In this document: positions 63,877 through 64,000 of the stretch, piece after piece | Layout of the letters: each line of letters opens with the position of its first letter | Position numbering within the stretch: the first letter of the stretch is position 1 | Assembly: GCA_035656275.1 (NCBI GenBank) | Contig: DASRSW010000076.1 | Span: 12,740-76,739, forward strand | Source: Thermoplasmata archaeon | GTDB lineage: Archaea > Thermoplasmatota > Thermoplasmata > Lutacidiplasmatales > UBA184 | DNA: 64,000 nt | Direction: 5' to 3' | Program-made: the position numbers and the translations under genes | The notes under the pieces: generated by a model | What the model was told of the DNA's origin: nothing | Databases searched by the model: none | Seen by the model: only the letters and a program-made list of their open reading frames with translations

Positions 63877-64000
63877 GAACGACGCCCCACCGTCCCCCGT
63901 GATAAAAGCGCTTCAATACAATTGGCCTTTATCCCTTCGGCTCGATTCCGCCCTGTGCAGCCGCTGACCCCGCAGGGAGAGGCCTGGAGCCTCCACGAGA

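Noticed and set aside
1-64000. CRISPR arrays, rRNA genes, integrase/transposase genes and reverse transcriptase
   Set aside because: I scanned both strands for regularly spaced direct repeats, for rRNA-like conserved blocks, and for R..H..R..Y, DDE and YxDD catalytic motifs in the ORF products. None were found. Absence is based on visual inspection only.

Overview
This is a 64-kb, visibly GC-rich segment that looks archaeal. Supporting signs are an archaeal/eukaryal-type TrpRS, a single-OB SSB with a Gly/Arg tail, GGTGA-type Shine-Dalgarno motifs and TATA-like boxes. Lineage cannot be assigned from sequence alone, and all calls come from reading the sequence and ORF track; no searches were run.

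The right part (~33-64 kb) is mostly housekeeping or metabolic. It encodes SRPBCC, DUF202, SnoaL-like, BNR-propeller, SDR and hemerythrin-like proteins, an ABC-2 exporter pair, ATP-grasp, DUF2252 and DCC-type oxidoreductase proteins, aconitase, a HAD hydrolase, a TrxR-like flavoprotein, carA-carB, an Lrp/RAM-domain protein, SSB, a TPR protein and trpS. A small islet at 51.3-53.6 kb (wHTH-DNA methyltransferase plus tandem zinc ribbon) interrupts it.

The left part (1-33 kb) looks accessory and is AT-richer at its ends. It contains:
- a phosphoribosyltransferase-domain gene running off the left edge, plus a 2-TM protein and a wHTH gene;
- a trypsin-like protease, an Rx4H (HEPN-like) protein and a membrane protein;
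- a ~13.7-kb island of five Kelch-propeller surface proteins carrying PKD and Cys-bracketed Ig-like repeats;
- a SAP + PD-(D/E)xK nuclease next to tRNA-T-arm-like fragments;
- four sub-60-aa DNA-binding ORFs that the ORF track misses (three ribbon-helix-helix, one AbrB-like).

The most unusual signal is a divergent two-gene module: family A (CSCGC motif plus coiled coil) and family B (2-TM protein). It is present twice as ~1.4-kb direct repeats bracketing the Kelch island, with two truncated A copies as well. Each copy is headed by a 36-nt palindrome (CATCGTTTCACCT-N10-AGGTGAAACGATG) that embeds the Shine-Dalgarno motif and start codon. The palindrome occurs five times, once in front of an unrelated gene. 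No CRISPR array, rRNA, complete tRNA, integrase or transposase was recognised.
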